From: Mycolicibacterium smegmatis
Lineage (GTDB): Bacteria > Actinomycetota > Actinomycetes > Mycobacteriales > Mycobacteriaceae
Assembly: GCF_001457595.1 (NCBI RefSeq)
Contig: NZ_LN831039.1
Span: forward strand, 3,060,001-3,092,000
Length of the DNA stretch: 32,000 nt
Direction of reading: 5' to 3'
Numbering within the stretch: the stretch's first letter is position 1; the number at the start of each line of letters is the position of its first letter. The notes below the pieces were generated by a model. It saw only the letters and a list, made by a program, of their open reading frames with translations. It was not told the origin of the DNA and searched no databases. Position numbers and translations under genes: made by a program. Shown here piece by piece: positions 1 to 8,802 of the stretch.

Positions 1-380
1 GCAGCGCCGACGTGTACTGCGCGCCGCACCTGGGCGGGGAGAGCTTCGGCATCGTGCTCGTGGAGGCGATGGCGGCCGGGACCGCGGTGGTGGCCAGCGA
101 CCTGGACGCATTCCGGCGCGTGCTTGCCGACGGCGACGCCGGGCGTCTGGTGCCCGTCGACGACGCCGAGGGCATGGCCGCCGCGCTCATCGAGATACTC
201 GAGGACGACCAGCTGCGCGCGGGCTATGTCGCGCGGGCGTCCGAGCGGGTCCACCGCTACGACTGGTCGGTGGTGTCCGCCCAGATCATGCGGGTGTACG
301 AGACGGTGTCAGGGGCGGGGATCAAGGTGCAGGTCAGTGGCGCGGCGAACCGTGACGAGACGGCCGGAGAATCGGTCTGA
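1..380 (+). CDS. pimA: GT4-family glycosyltransferase, C-terminal fragment (PimA-like phosphatidylinositol mannosyltransferase); 5' end lies outside the window
   Basis: Reading frame is open to the window edge, stop TGA 378-380. Translation ...GESFGIVLVEAMAAGTAVVASD... carries the E-x7-E motif of retaining GT4 enzymes. Its position just upstream of a Nudix gene and pdxS matches the mycobacterial pimA-Rv2609c order. Confidence 0.75.
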   Translation, partial: SADVYCAPHLGGESFGIVLVEAMAAGTAVVASDLDAFRRVLADGDAGRLVPVDDAEGMAAALIEILEDDQLRAGYVARASERVHRYDWSVVSAQIMRVYETVSGAGIKVQVSGAANRDETAGESV

Positions 381-1435
381 TGAGCCTGTGGATCGTCATC
401 ACCCTCGTCCTTGTTCTGGTCGTGGCCCTGGCGCTGCTGGGCGGGTGGGCATACCGGACCGCCAACCGGCTCGACCGGCTACACGTGCGGTACGACCTGT
501 CGTGGCAGGCCCTCGACGGTGCACTGGCGCGCCGTGCGGTGGTGGCGCGGGCCGTCGCGGCCGACGCCTACGGGGTCGGCCCGCAGGGCAAGCGGCTGGC
601 CGAACTGGCCGACGTGGCCGAGCATGCGCCGCGGTCGGCGCGTGAGGCCGCCGAGAACGAGCTCTCGGCCGCGCTGGCCGCGGTCGACCTCTCGGCGCTG
701 CCGGTGGCGCTGGTCGCCGAGCTCGCCGACGCCGAGGCGCGCGTGCTGCTGGCCCGGCGGTTCCACAACGACGCCGTGCGCGACACCCTTGCGCTCCGCG
801 AACGTCCCGCCGTGCGCATGCTGAAACTGGGTGGAAGGGCCGCGCTGCCAACGTATTTCGAGATCGCCGAGCGACCCGAGGCGCAGAGCGATGTGGGCTC
901 GCTGAGCCGTCGCACGTCTGCGCGCGTGGTGCTGCTCGACGAGACCGGGGCCGTGTTGCTGCTGCGCGGCAGCGATCCCGCACGCGAGGATCCCGACGTG
1001 CCCGCACCCCGGTGGTGGTTCACGGTGGGCGGCGCGGTGCAGAAAGGCGAGGACCTCGCCGAGACCGCGGCGCGCGAACTGTTCGAGGAGACCGGCCTGC
1101 GGATCGAGCCGTCGGCACTCGTCGGCCCCGTTTGGCGACGTGAGGAGATCATCGACTTCAACGCGTCGGTGGTGCGCAGCGAGGAGTTCTTCTTCGTCCA
1201 CCGCACGCAACGGTTCGAGCCTTCTGCGGTCGGGCGCACGGCCCTGGAGCGGCGCTACATTCACGGTCACCGGTGGTGCAATGCGACAATGATCGCCGAG
1301 TTGGTCGCCGGCGGCGAGGCCGTCTACCCGGTACAGCTCGGGGAGCGACTGGCCGAGGCCAACGACCTGGCCTCCGGGGACGCCCGGGTGCCAGCGCGGG
1401 AGAGCTCGCTCGGCGAGCTGCCCGCCATCCGCTGA
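380..1435 (+). CDS. Membrane-anchored Nudix hydrolase with LemA-like N-terminal region (Rv2609c-like)
   Basis: ATG 380 overlaps the pimA stop (TGATG). Has an N-terminal hydrophobic helix (LWIVITLVLVLVVALALLGGW) followed by a LemA-like stretch (ANRLDRLHVRYDLSWQALDGALARR). Nudix box GGAVQKGEDLAETAARELFEETGL (G-x5-E-x7-REUxEExGU) lies in the C-terminal half. Confidence 0.8.
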   Translation: MSLWIVITLVLVLVVALALLGGWAYRTANRLDRLHVRYDLSWQALDGALARRAVVARAVAADAYGVGPQGKRLAELADVAEHAPRSAREAAENELSAALAAVDLSALPVALVAELADAEARVLLARRFHNDAVRDTLALRERPAVRMLKLGGRAALPTYFEIAERPEAQSDVGSLSRRTSARVVLLDETGAVLLLRGSDPAREDPDVPAPRWWFTVGGAVQKGEDLAETAARELFEETGLRIEPSALVGPVWRREEIIDFNASVVRSEEFFFVHRTQRFEPSAVGRTALERRYIHGHRWCNATMIAELVAGGEAVYPVQLGERLAEANDLASGDARVPARESSLGELPAIR

Positions 1436-1505
1436 GAGACCGATCTCTACGGATTTAATAGTTTTGAGAGCTCGATTACACTGATTCAGTAGCAATTCAG
1501 AGGAG

Positions 1506-2423
1506 ATGGCAGTGGAAACCGCGGCGCAAAACGGTTCGAGCAACCAGACCGGGACCGCGCGCGTGAAGCGCGGGATGGCCGAGATGCTCAAGGGCGGCGT
1601 GATCATGGACGTGGTCACCCCTGAGCAGGCGCGTATCGCCGAGGCCGCCGGTGCGGTCGCGGTGATGGCGCTGGAGCGCGTCCCCGCCGACATCCGCGCG
1701 CAGGGCGGGGTGTCGCGCATGAGCGATCCCGACATGATCGAGGGCATCATCGACGCCGTCACGATCCCGGTGATGGCCAAGGCCCGCATCGGACACTTCG
1801 TGGAGGCCCAGATCCTGCAGAGCCTCGGTGTGGACTACGTCGACGAGTCCGAGGTGCTCACGCCCGCCGACTACACCAACCACATCGACAAGTGGAAGTT
1901 CACCGTGCCGTTCGTGTGCGGTGCGACCAACCTGGGCGAGGCGCTGCGCCGCATCACCGAGGGTGCGGCGATGATCCGCTCCAAGGGCGAGGCCGGCACC
2001 GGCGACGTCTCGAACGCGACCACGCACATGCGCAAGATCGGCGGCGAGATCCGTCGGCTGACCTCGATGAGCGAGGACGAGCTCTATGTCGCGGCCAAGG
2101 AGTTGCAGGCGCCCTACGAGCTGGTGGTCGAGGTGGCCCGGGCAGGCAAGTTGCCGGTGACACTGTTCACCGCGGGTGGCATCGCCACCCCGGCTGACGC
2201 GGCGATGATGATGCAGCTCGGCGCCGAGGGGGTCTTCGTCGGGTCGGGCATCTTCAAATCGGGCAACCCCGAGCAGCGGGCCGCGGCGATCGTGAAGGCC
2301 ACCACGTTCTACGACGACCCGGACGTGCTGGCCAAGGTGTCGCGTGGTCTGGGTGAGGCCATGGTGGGTATCAACGTCGAGGAGATCGCCCAGCCGCACC
2401 GGCTCGCAGAACGCGGCTGGTAA
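1506..2423 (+). CDS. pdxS: Pyridoxal 5'-phosphate synthase, lyase subunit PdxS
   Basis: 305 aa with hallmark PdxS sequence ([65 protein letters not shown]). RBS GAGGAG lies directly upstream of ATG 1506. Confidence 0.97.
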   Translation: MAVETAAQNGSSNQTGTARVKRGMAEMLKGGVIMDVVTPEQARIAEAAGAVAVMALERVPADIRAQGGVSRMSDPDMIEGIIDAVTIPVMAKARIGHFVEAQILQSLGVDYVDESEVLTPADYTNHIDKWKFTVPFVCGATNLGEALRRITEGAAMIRSKGEAGTGDVSNATTHMRKIGGEIRRLTSMSEDELYVAAKELQAPYELVVEVARAGKLPVTLFTAGGIATPADAAMMMQLGAEGVFVGSGIFKSGNPEQRAAAIVKATTFYDDPDVLAKVSRGLGEAMVGINVEEIAQPHRLAERGW

Positions 2424-2432
2424 ACCACCTTC

Positions 2433-3284
2433 ATGGCGATCGAAGAGATCCTCGACCTGGAGCAGCTCGAGGTCAACATCTATCGCGGGAGGGTGTTCAG
2501 CCCCGAGTCCGGCTTTCTGCAGCGAACATTCGGCGGCCACGTCGCCGGACAGTCGCTGGTGTCCGCGGTGCGCACGGTCGCCCCCGAGTTCGAGGTGCAC
2601 TCGCTGCACGGCTACTTCCTGCGGCCCGGGGACGCCAGGGCGCCCGCCATCTACACCGTCGAGCGCATTCGCGACGGTGGGTCGTTCTGCACCCGCCGGG
2701 TGAGCGCCATCCAGCACGGCGAGACGATCTTCTCGATGTCGGCGTCGTTCCAGACCGACCAGTCCGGCATCGAGCACCAGGACGCCATGCCGCACGCGCC
2801 CGCCCCCGAGGAGTGCCCGGGCTTCCGGTCCGGTGGTGCGTTCGACGACGCAGGCTTCGCGCAGTTCGCCGAATGGGATGTGCGCATCGTGCCGCGCGAC
2901 CGCGTGCAGAAGATCCCGGGCAAGGCCTCACAGCAGCAGGTGTGGTTCCGCCACCGCGATCCGATGCCAGACGACCACGTGCTGCACATCTGCGCACTGG
3001 CCTACATGAGCGATCTGACCCTGCTCGGCTCGGCCCAGGTCAACCACCTCGACGTGCGCAAGCACCTGATGGTGGCGTCGCTCGATCACGCCATGTGGTT
3101 CATGCGGCCGTTCCGCGCCGACGAATGGCTGCTCTACGACCAGACGTCGCCCTCGGCCTGCGGTGGGCGGGCGCTGACGCAGGGCCGGATCTTCAACCAG
3201 TACGGCGAACTGGTGGCGGCTGTCATGCAGGAAGGCCTGACCCGCTACAAGCGCGACTTCACGCCCCCCGAGGAGAACTCATGA
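2433..3284 (+). CDS. tesB: Acyl-CoA thioesterase II (TesB family, double hot-dog)
   Basis: 283 aa. N-terminus [39 protein letters not shown] is typical of TesB. Sits between pdxS and pdxT as tesB2 does in mycobacteria. Its stop overlaps the pdxT start (ATGA). Confidence 0.9.
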   Translation: MAIEEILDLEQLEVNIYRGRVFSPESGFLQRTFGGHVAGQSLVSAVRTVAPEFEVHSLHGYFLRPGDARAPAIYTVERIRDGGSFCTRRVSAIQHGETIFSMSASFQTDQSGIEHQDAMPHAPAPEECPGFRSGGAFDDAGFAQFAEWDVRIVPRDRVQKIPGKASQQQVWFRHRDPMPDDHVLHICALAYMSDLTLLGSAQVNHLDVRKHLMVASLDHAMWFMRPFRADEWLLYDQTSPSACGGRALTQGRIFNQYGELVAAVMQEGLTRYKRDFTPPEENS

Positions 3285-3862
3285 CCGCCCATGTGGGCGT
3301 GCTCGCATTGCAGGGAGACACCCGCGAACACCTGGCCGCGCTGCGCGAGGCAGGCGCCGAGGCGTCGACCGTGCGGCGCCTGTCCGAACTGGCGGCCGTC
3401 GACGCGCTGGTGATCCCCGGCGGGGAATCGACCGCGATCAGCCACCTGCTGCGCGAGTTCGACCTGCTCGAGCCGTTGCGCGCGCGCATCGCCGAAGGCA
3501 TGCCGTGCTACGGATCGTGCGCGGGAATGATCCTGCTGGCCACCGAGATCGCCGACGCGGGTGTGCCCGGCCGCGCAGCGGTGCCGCTCAAGGGCATCGA
3601 CATGACCGTGCGCCGCAACGCATTCGGCCGTCAGGTCGACTCGTTCGAGGGCGACATCGACTTCGTCGGGCTCGACACACCCGTGCATGCGGTGTTCATC
3701 CGGGCGCCGTGGGTCGAGCGCGTCGGCCCGGACGTCGAGGTGCTCGCGCGGGCCGACGACCACATCGTCGCGGTGCGTCAGGGCCCGATGTTCGCGACCG
3801 CGTTCCACCCCGAGGTGACCGGCGACCGGCGCATCCACAAGCTGTTCGTGGACTCGCTGTAG
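3281..3862 (+). CDS. pdxT: Pyridoxal 5'-phosphate synthase, glutaminase subunit PdxT
   Basis: Track ORF 2813-3862 is an over-extension. The homologous protein starts at ATG 3281 ([17 protein letters not shown]). Class I glutamine amidotransferase signature GGESTA and catalytic Cys context [11 protein letters not shown]; C-terminal FHPE motif. Confidence 0.95.
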   Translation: MTAHVGVLALQGDTREHLAALREAGAEASTVRRLSELAAVDALVIPGGESTAISHLLREFDLLEPLRARIAEGMPCYGSCAGMILLATEIADAGVPGRAAVPLKGIDMTVRRNAFGRQVDSFEGDIDFVGLDTPVHAVFIRAPWVERVGPDVEVLARADDHIVAVRQGPMFATAFHPEVTGDRRIHKLFVDSL

Positions 3863-4030
3863 TTCGTCGCGTCGAGAACGACGAGAACGTCGTCTCACGC
3901 GCCTCGCGGCGACGATTGCGTCGGTTTCGGCGGTGTCCGGCGCCGGCACGATGCCCGGCCGGTGCGGCCGGGTCGACGGCCCACGTAAACTGGACCGTCG
4001 GAGTTCGACCAGGAAAGAGGGCGTACCTGC

Positions 4031-4786
4031 ATGAGCGGCCATTCCAAGTGGGCCACCACCAAGCACAAGAAGGCCGTCATCGATGCCAAGCGCGGCAAGA
4101 TGTTCGCCAAGCTGATCAAGAACATCGAGGTTGCTGCGCGCGTCGGCGGCGGTGATCCGGCCGGTAACCCGACGCTGTACGACGCCATCCAGAAGGCCAA
4201 GAAGAGCTCGGTGCCCAACGACAACATCGAGCGGGCCCGCAAGCGTGGCGCCGGTGAGGAAGCGGGCGGCGCCGACTGGCAGAACATCACGTACGAGGGT
4301 TACGGCCCCAACGGTGTCGCGGTGCTCGTCGAGTGCCTCACCGACAACCGCAACCGCGCCGCGGGCGAGGTCCGCGTCGCGATGACCCGCAACGGCGGCA
4401 ACATGGCCGACCCGGGTTCGGTGGCCTACCTGTTCTCCCGCAAGGGCGTGGTGACCCTGGAGAAGAACGGCCTGACCGAGGACGACGTCCTGCTGGCGGT
4501 GCTCGAGGCCGGCGCCGAAGAGGTCAACGACCTCGGCGACTCGTTCGAGATCATCTCCGAGCCGTCCGACCTGGTCGCGGTGCGCACCGCGCTGCAGGAG
4601 GCCGGTATCGACTACGACTCGGCCGACGCCAGCTTCCAGCCGTCGGTGACCGTGCCGGTCGATCTCGAAGGCGCCCGCAAGGTGCTCAAGCTCGTCGACG
4701 CGCTCGAAGACAGCGACGACGTCCAGGACGTCTACACCAACATGGACATCCCCGACGACGTCGCCGCCCAGCTCGACGAGGAGTAG
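4031..4786 (+). CDS. yebC: YebC/PmpR-family DNA-binding transcriptional regulator
   Basis: 251 aa beginning [15 protein letters not shown]..., the near-invariant YebC N-terminus. Syntenic with Rv2603c. Confidence 0.95.
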   Translation: MSGHSKWATTKHKKAVIDAKRGKMFAKLIKNIEVAARVGGGDPAGNPTLYDAIQKAKKSSVPNDNIERARKRGAGEEAGGADWQNITYEGYGPNGVAVLVECLTDNRNRAAGEVRVAMTRNGGNMADPGSVAYLFSRKGVVTLEKNGLTEDDVLLAVLEAGAEEVNDLGDSFEIISEPSDLVAVRTALQEAGIDYDSADASFQPSVTVPVDLEGARKVLKLVDALEDSDDVQDVYTNMDIPDDVAAQLDEE

Positions 4787-4789
4787 CCG

Positions 4790-5458
4790 CTAGACCAGCG
4801 CGTCGGCGATCGGGGTGTCACCCGAGATCAGCTCGAACGTGCGGCCCGCGGTCTGCGGTGCGTCCAGCACCGCCACCAGCACCCGGGCGACGTCCTCACG
4901 CGGCACCGTGCCGCGCCCGGTGGACTCGGCGATGCGCACCAGGCCCGTGCCCGCGTCGTTCGTGAGGCCGCCGGGACGCACGATCGTGGTCCGTAAACCG
5001 CTGCGTGCCCGCACGTTCGCATCGGCCTCCGACTTGGCCTGCATGTACACGCGGAACACCTCGTCGTAGCTCTCGTCGAGCGAGCGGTCGTCGGCCGCGA
5101 GCGCCGACACCATCACGTACCGGTCCACACCGGCGGCCTCGGCGGCGTCGGCCAGCAGGATCGCCGCGTCACGGTCGACGGTCTGCTTGCGTGCCGCGCC
5201 GCTACCCGGCCCCGCACCCGCGGCGAACACCACGGCGTCGGCGCCACGTACCGCGCCGGCCACCTCGTCGACCGTGGCCTTCTCCAGATCGAGCACGATC
5301 GGCTCGGCGCCCGCGGCCTTCACGTCGGCCGTGTGGTCCGGGTTGCGGATCAGGCCCGCCACCGAGTCGCCGCGATCGGCCAGCAGTCGTTCCAGGATGA
5401 GCGCGATCTTTCCGTGCCCACCCGCGATCACCACGCGCAACTTCCTACCTCCTGTCAT
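4790..5458 (-). CDS. NAD(P)H-binding oxidoreductase (NmrA-like / atypical SDR)
   Basis: 222 aa. N-terminal Rossmann motif VVIAGGHGKIALILERLL, RBS AGGAGG upstream of ATG 5458. Its stop is only 3 nt from the convergent yebC stop. Confidence 0.7.
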   Translation of the reverse strand: MTGGRKLRVVIAGGHGKIALILERLLADRGDSVAGLIRNPDHTADVKAAGAEPIVLDLEKATVDEVAGAVRGADAVVFAAGAGPGSGAARKQTVDRDAAILLADAAEAAGVDRYVMVSALAADDRSLDESYDEVFRVYMQAKSEADANVRARSGLRTTIVRPGGLTNDAGTGLVRIAESTGRGTVPREDVARVLVAVLDAPQTAGRTFELISGDTPIADALV

Positions 5459-5464
5459 GTGCCG

Positions 5465-5896
5465 TCAGACGGCGAAGACCTGCGAATCATCGGCGAACGC
5501 CTTGAACTCCAGGGCGTTGCCTGCCGGGTCGAGCAGGAACATCGTCCACTGCTCACCCGTCTCGCCCTCGAACCGCACGTACGGTTCGATGACGAATGTG
5601 GCCCCGGCGGTGCGTAGCCGGTCGGCCAAGGCGTGAAACGCGTCCACGGTGAGAATCAATCCGAAGTGCGGCACCGGCACGTCGTGCCCGTCGACCGGGT
5701 TGTGCACCTGCCGCGCCCGCTCCGGCGCCAGATGGGTGACCACCTGATGCCCGTGCAGGTTCCAGTCGATCCACCGCTCGGAGCTTCGGCCCTGCGGCAG
5801 TCCGAGGACCTCGCCGTAGAAGTGCCTCGCGGCGTCGAGGTCGTCGACGGGCATGGCCAGATGGAAACGGGGGATGGGGGAGTCCAGAACGGTCAC
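5465..5896 (-). CDS. VOC-family (glyoxalase/bleomycin-resistance/dioxygenase fold) protein
   Basis: 143 aa with GTG start at 5896. First beta-strand motif [23 protein letters not shown] and C-terminal DPAGNALEF are typical VOC-fold elements. Lies 6 nt upstream of the SDR gene on the same strand. Confidence 0.6.
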   Translation of the reverse strand: MTVLDSPIPRFHLAMPVDDLDAARHFYGEVLGLPQGRSSERWIDWNLHGHQVVTHLAPERARQVHNPVDGHDVPVPHFGLILTVDAFHALADRLRTAGATFVIEPYVRFEGETGEQWTMFLLDPAGNALEFKAFADDSQVFAV

Positions 5897-6041
5897 CGGT
5901 CACCTTTCACGCGTCTTCGTGCCTCGATCCTGGTTCCGACACTACGTTTGTCGTTTGTCGCGTGGCAGATCCGCTTCGACGCCTCGCCTTCGCTGTCGAG
6001 CGTGTCCCTGCCCGGGGCTGACGGTGCGGCACGCTAGGCTC

Positions 6042-6057
6042 TCGAACAGATGTTCTG
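6042..6057 (+). promoter_or_regulatory. LexA (SOS) box upstream of ruvC
   Basis: TCGAACagatGTTCtg matches the mycobacterial SOS box TCGAAC-N4-GTTCGA with a perfect GAAC-N4-GTTC core. It lies 15 nt upstream of the ruvC GTG and just downstream of a TANNNT hexamer (TAGGCT, 6035-6040). Confidence 0.6.
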
Positions 6058-6071
6058 ACGAAGGGGTTCGC

Positions 6072-6629
6072 GTGCGGGTGATGGGAGTCGATCCCGGACT
6101 GACGCGCTGTGGTCTGTCGATGATCGAGAGCGGCAAGGGCAGACAGGTCATCGCGCTGGACGTGGACGTGGTGCGCACGCCCGCCGACACGCCGCTGCAG
6201 AAACGCCTGCTGACCATCAGCGACGCGGCCGAACACTGGATGGACACCCACCGTCCCGACGTGATCGCGATCGAGCGGGTGTTCGCCAACCAGAACGCCA
6301 ACACCGCGATGGGCACCGCGCAGGCCGGCGGCGTGATCGCGCTGGCGGCGGCCAAGCGCGACATCGAGGTGCACTTCCACACGCCGTCGGAGGTCAAGGC
6401 CGCGGTCACCGGAAGCGGCCGCGCCGACAAGTCCCAGGTCACCGAGATGGTCACCAGAATCCTTGCGCTGCAGGCCAAACCGACACCCGCCGACGCCGCC
6501 GACGCGCTCGCGCTCGCGATCTGTCACTGCTGGCGGGCGCCGATGATCGCACGGATGGCCGCGGCCGAGGCGATGGCCGAGGAGCAGCGGCGCAAGTTCC
6601 AGGCGAAGATCAAGGCGGCCCGCGGATGA
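6072..6629 (+). CDS. ruvC: Crossover junction endodeoxyribonuclease RuvC
   Basis: Track ORF 5853-6629 is over-extended. GTG 6072 (RBS GAAGGGG upstream) gives [14 protein letters not shown]..., matching the RuvC N-terminus with the catalytic Asp in GVDPG. Confidence 0.95.
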   Translation: MRVMGVDPGLTRCGLSMIESGKGRQVIALDVDVVRTPADTPLQKRLLTISDAAEHWMDTHRPDVIAIERVFANQNANTAMGTAQAGGVIALAAAKRDIEVHFHTPSEVKAAVTGSGRADKSQVTEMVTRILALQAKPTPADAADALALAICHCWRAPMIARMAAAEAMAEEQRRKFQAKIKAARG

Positions 6630-7213
6630 TCGCGTCGGTCCGCGGTGAGGTCATCGACATCGCGCTCGACCACGCCGTGATCGAGGCGGCAGGCGTGGGC
6701 TACAAGGTCATGGCCACCCCGTCGACGCTCGCGACGCTGCGGCGCGGCACCGAGGCCCGGCTCATCACCGCGATGATCGTGCGCGAGGACTCGATGACGC
6801 TGTACGGGTTCGTCGACGGCGACGCGCGGGATCTGTTCCTCACACTGCTCGGGGTGTCCGGGGTCGGGCCGAAGATCGCGCTGGCCACACTGGCCGTGTA
6901 CGACCCGCAGGCGCTGCGGCAGGCGCTGGCCGATGGTGACGTCACCGCGCTGACCCGCGTGCCCGGTATCGGCAAGCGCGGCGCCGAGCGCATGGTGCTC
7001 GAACTGCGCGACAAGATCGGACCCGTCAGCGCGGGCGGGGGCGCAGCGGTCGGCGGACACGCGATACGCGGACCGGTGGTGGAAGCCCTTGTGGGTCTGG
7101 GCTTCGCCGCCAAGCAGGCCGAGGAGGCCACCGACAAGGTGCTGGCCAACGACCCCGAGGCCACCACGTCGTCCGCGCTGCGCGCGGCGCTGTCCATGTT
7201 GGGTAAGAAGTAA
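6626..7213 (+). CDS. ruvA: Holliday junction branch migration complex subunit RuvA
   Basis: 195 aa, [12 protein letters not shown]... with helix-hairpin-helix motifs ([32 protein letters not shown]). ATGA overlap with ruvC. Confidence 0.95.
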   Translation: MIASVRGEVIDIALDHAVIEAAGVGYKVMATPSTLATLRRGTEARLITAMIVREDSMTLYGFVDGDARDLFLTLLGVSGVGPKIALATLAVYDPQALRQALADGDVTALTRVPGIGKRGAERMVLELRDKIGPVSAGGGAAVGGHAIRGPVVEALVGLGFAAKQAEEATDKVLANDPEATTSSALRAALSMLGKK

Positions 7214-7215
7214 CC

Positions 7216-8271
7216 ATGGGCCGGTTCGAGGACGACGCCGAGGTCGAGGACCGCGAGGTGTCCCCAGCGCTCACCGTCGGCGAGGGCGACATCGACGCGA
7301 GCCTGCGCCCGCGGTCGCTGGGGGAGTTCATCGGGCAGCCCCGCGTGCGCGAACAGTTGCAACTCGTGCTTGAGGGCGCCAAGAAACGCGGCGGCACGCC
7401 GGATCACATCCTGCTGTCGGGTCCACCGGGCCTCGGCAAGACCTCGCTGGCGATGATCATCGCGGCCGAACTCGGCTCGTCGTTGCGCGTCACGTCAGGC
7501 CCTGCGCTGGAACGCGCCGGTGACCTCGCGGCCATGCTGTCCAACCTCGTCGAACACGACGTGCTGTTCATCGACGAGATCCACCGCATCGCGCGGCCCG
7601 CCGAGGAGATGCTCTACCTCGCGATGGAGGATTTCCGCGTCGACGTCGTGGTCGGCAAAGGCCCTGGGGCGACATCGATTCCGCTCGAGGTCGCACCGTT
7701 CACGCTGGTCGGGGCCACCACCCGCTCGGGCGCGCTGACCGGACCGCTGCGCGACCGCTTCGGCTTCACCGCGCACATGGACTTCTACGAGCCGGTCGAA
7801 CTCGAACGCGTGCTGGCGCGTTCGGCCGGGATCCTCGGCATCGAACTCGGGGCCGAGGCCGGCGCCGAGATCGCCCGGCGCTCGCGCGGCACGCCACGCA
7901 TCGCCAACCGGTTGCTGCGCCGCGTACGCGACTTCGCCGAGGTGCGTGCCGACGGCATCATCACCCGCGACATCGCGAAGTCCGCACTCGAGGTCTACGA
8001 CGTCGACGAGCTCGGTCTCGACCGCCTCGACCGTGCGGTGCTCTCGGCACTGACCCGCAGCTTCAACGGCGGGCCGGTGGGCGTCTCGACGCTGGCCGTG
8101 GCGGTCGGTGAGGAGGCCACCACGGTCGAAGAGGTGTGTGAACCGTTCCTGGTGCGCGCCGGCATGATCGCCCGCACACCGCGCGGACGGGTCGCCACGC
8201 CACTGGCATGGACCCATCTGGGCTTGCAGCCACCGGTCACAGGGATCGGTCAGGCCGGACTGTTTGACTGA
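7216..8271 (+). CDS. ruvB: Holliday junction DNA helicase RuvB
   Basis: 351 aa. Walker [12 protein letters not shown], Walker B LFIDEIH, sensor and arginine-finger region [15 protein letters not shown]. Confidence 0.97.
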   Translation: MGRFEDDAEVEDREVSPALTVGEGDIDASLRPRSLGEFIGQPRVREQLQLVLEGAKKRGGTPDHILLSGPPGLGKTSLAMIIAAELGSSLRVTSGPALERAGDLAAMLSNLVEHDVLFIDEIHRIARPAEEMLYLAMEDFRVDVVVGKGPGATSIPLEVAPFTLVGATTRSGALTGPLRDRFGFTAHMDFYEPVELERVLARSAGILGIELGAEAGAEIARRSRGTPRIANRLLRRVRDFAEVRADGIITRDIAKSALEVYDVDELGLDRLDRAVLSALTRSFNGGPVGVSTLAVAVGEEATTVEEVCEPFLVRAGMIARTPRGRVATPLAWTHLGLQPPVTGIGQAGLFD

Positions 8272-8275
8272 CGCC

Positions 8276-8662
8276 ATGACCGTCGCCGGGTTGGTGTTCG
8301 CCGCGCTCGCCGCGGTACTGCATGTCTACATCTTCGTCATGGAGTCGCTGACCTGGACGTCGGCGCGTACACGCGCGACCTTCGGCACCACCGCCGAAGA
8401 GGCCGAGGCCACCAAGAAACTCGCGTACAACCAGGGCTTCTACAACCTGTTCCTGGCGATCGTCACGGCCGTCGGCATCGGGTCGATCGTGTTGGGGCAC
8501 AACGCAGTCGGTGTGGCCCTGGTACTCGCGGGCGTCGGGTCGATGCTCGCGGCGGCCCTGGTGCTGCTGGTCAGTTCGCCTGACAAGGCGCGGGCCGCCC
8601 TCACACAGGGTGCCTTTCCGTTGCTCGCCGTCGTGTTCGTGGTGCTCGGCCTTCTGCTCTGA
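8276..8662 (+). CDS. DUF1304-family small membrane protein
   Basis: Track start 8264 is a TTG overlapping ruvB; ATG 8276 is more likely. Sequence LHVYIFVMESLTW...ATKKLAYNQGFYNLFLA matches my recollection of the DUF1304 signature. Four hydrophobic segments. Confidence 0.7.
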   Translation: MTVAGLVFAALAAVLHVYIFVMESLTWTSARTRATFGTTAEEAEATKKLAYNQGFYNLFLAIVTAVGIGSIVLGHNAVGVALVLAGVGSMLAAALVLLVSSPDKARAALTQGAFPLLAVVFVVLGLLL

Positions 8663-8697
8663 TCCCGACCGGATTGCCGCCATCCGGCCCGGCCACC

Positions 8698-8716
8698 TTT
8701 GATATCAAACGTTTGA
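8698..8716. promoter_or_regulatory. Composite palindromic operator-like site (candidate LacI-family operator)
   Basis: TTTGATATCAAACGTTTGA holds two overlapping perfect 12-bp palindromes: TTTGATATCAAA (8698-8709) and TCAAACGTTTGA (8705-8716, central CG as in LacI-family operators). 15 of 16 nt (TGATATCAAACGTTTG) recur at 16929-16944. Confidence 0.6.
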
Positions 8717-8742
8717 CCCTGTTTTTCGCTCGTTGGTAGCTT
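8713..8742 (+). promoter_or_regulatory. Candidate sigma-A type promoter of the cyclase/Mo-hydroxylase operon
   Basis: -35-like TTGACC (8713-8718), 18-nt spacer, extended -10 TGgTAGCTT (8734-8742, TANNNT). The -35 overlaps the palindromic operator. By-eye motif match only. Confidence 0.35.
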
Positions 8743-8802
8743 GCGCCACAGAGAGTTTTTCGCCTTCTACGCATCACATTCGACGCGGAATTGGAGTCTT
8801 CG

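Noticed and set aside
479-1789. 436-aa ORF on the minus strand overlapping the Nudix gene and the pdxS start
   Set aside because: It is antisense to two well-supported genes. The translation is Arg/Gly/Pro/His-rich low-complexity sequence typical of wrong-frame reading in high-GC DNA, with no recognisable motifs.
1497-2795. 432-aa minus-strand ORF spanning pdxS and tesB
   Set aside because: It is antisense to pdxS, whose identity is unambiguous. It crosses an intergenic gap and has an artefactual composition.
2813-3280. Long N-terminal extensions of pdxT (2813), and likewise ruvC (5853), the membrane protein (21841), the NTF2-like gene (16942) and apt (30804)
   Set aside because: The extensions overlap upstream genes or intergenic DNA, translate to Arg/Pro-rich junk, and are not needed for the conserved domains. 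Internal starts with RBSs match homologue N-termini.
3870-3892. Alternately complementary arms CGTCG-agaa-CGACG-agaa-CGTCG downstream of pdxT (possible alternative hairpins), and an 8-bp hairpin at 3954-3972
   Set aside because: The 5-6-bp stems are too short to distinguish from chance in GC-rich DNA, and there is no U-tract or conserved context. They may act as weak terminators, but I cannot support a specific call.
4784-4792. Convergent yebC and SDR-gene stop codons only 3 nt apart (TAGCCGCTA) with no terminator
   Set aside because: This is real but unremarkable for a compact genome. It implies overlapping 3' UTRs but nothing testable from sequence alone.
8669-8687. Hairpin CCGGAT-tgccgcc-ATCCGG after the DUF1304 gene as a terminator
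   Set aside because: The stem is only 6 bp with a 7-nt loop, too weak to call. It is noted only because it precedes the island promoter.
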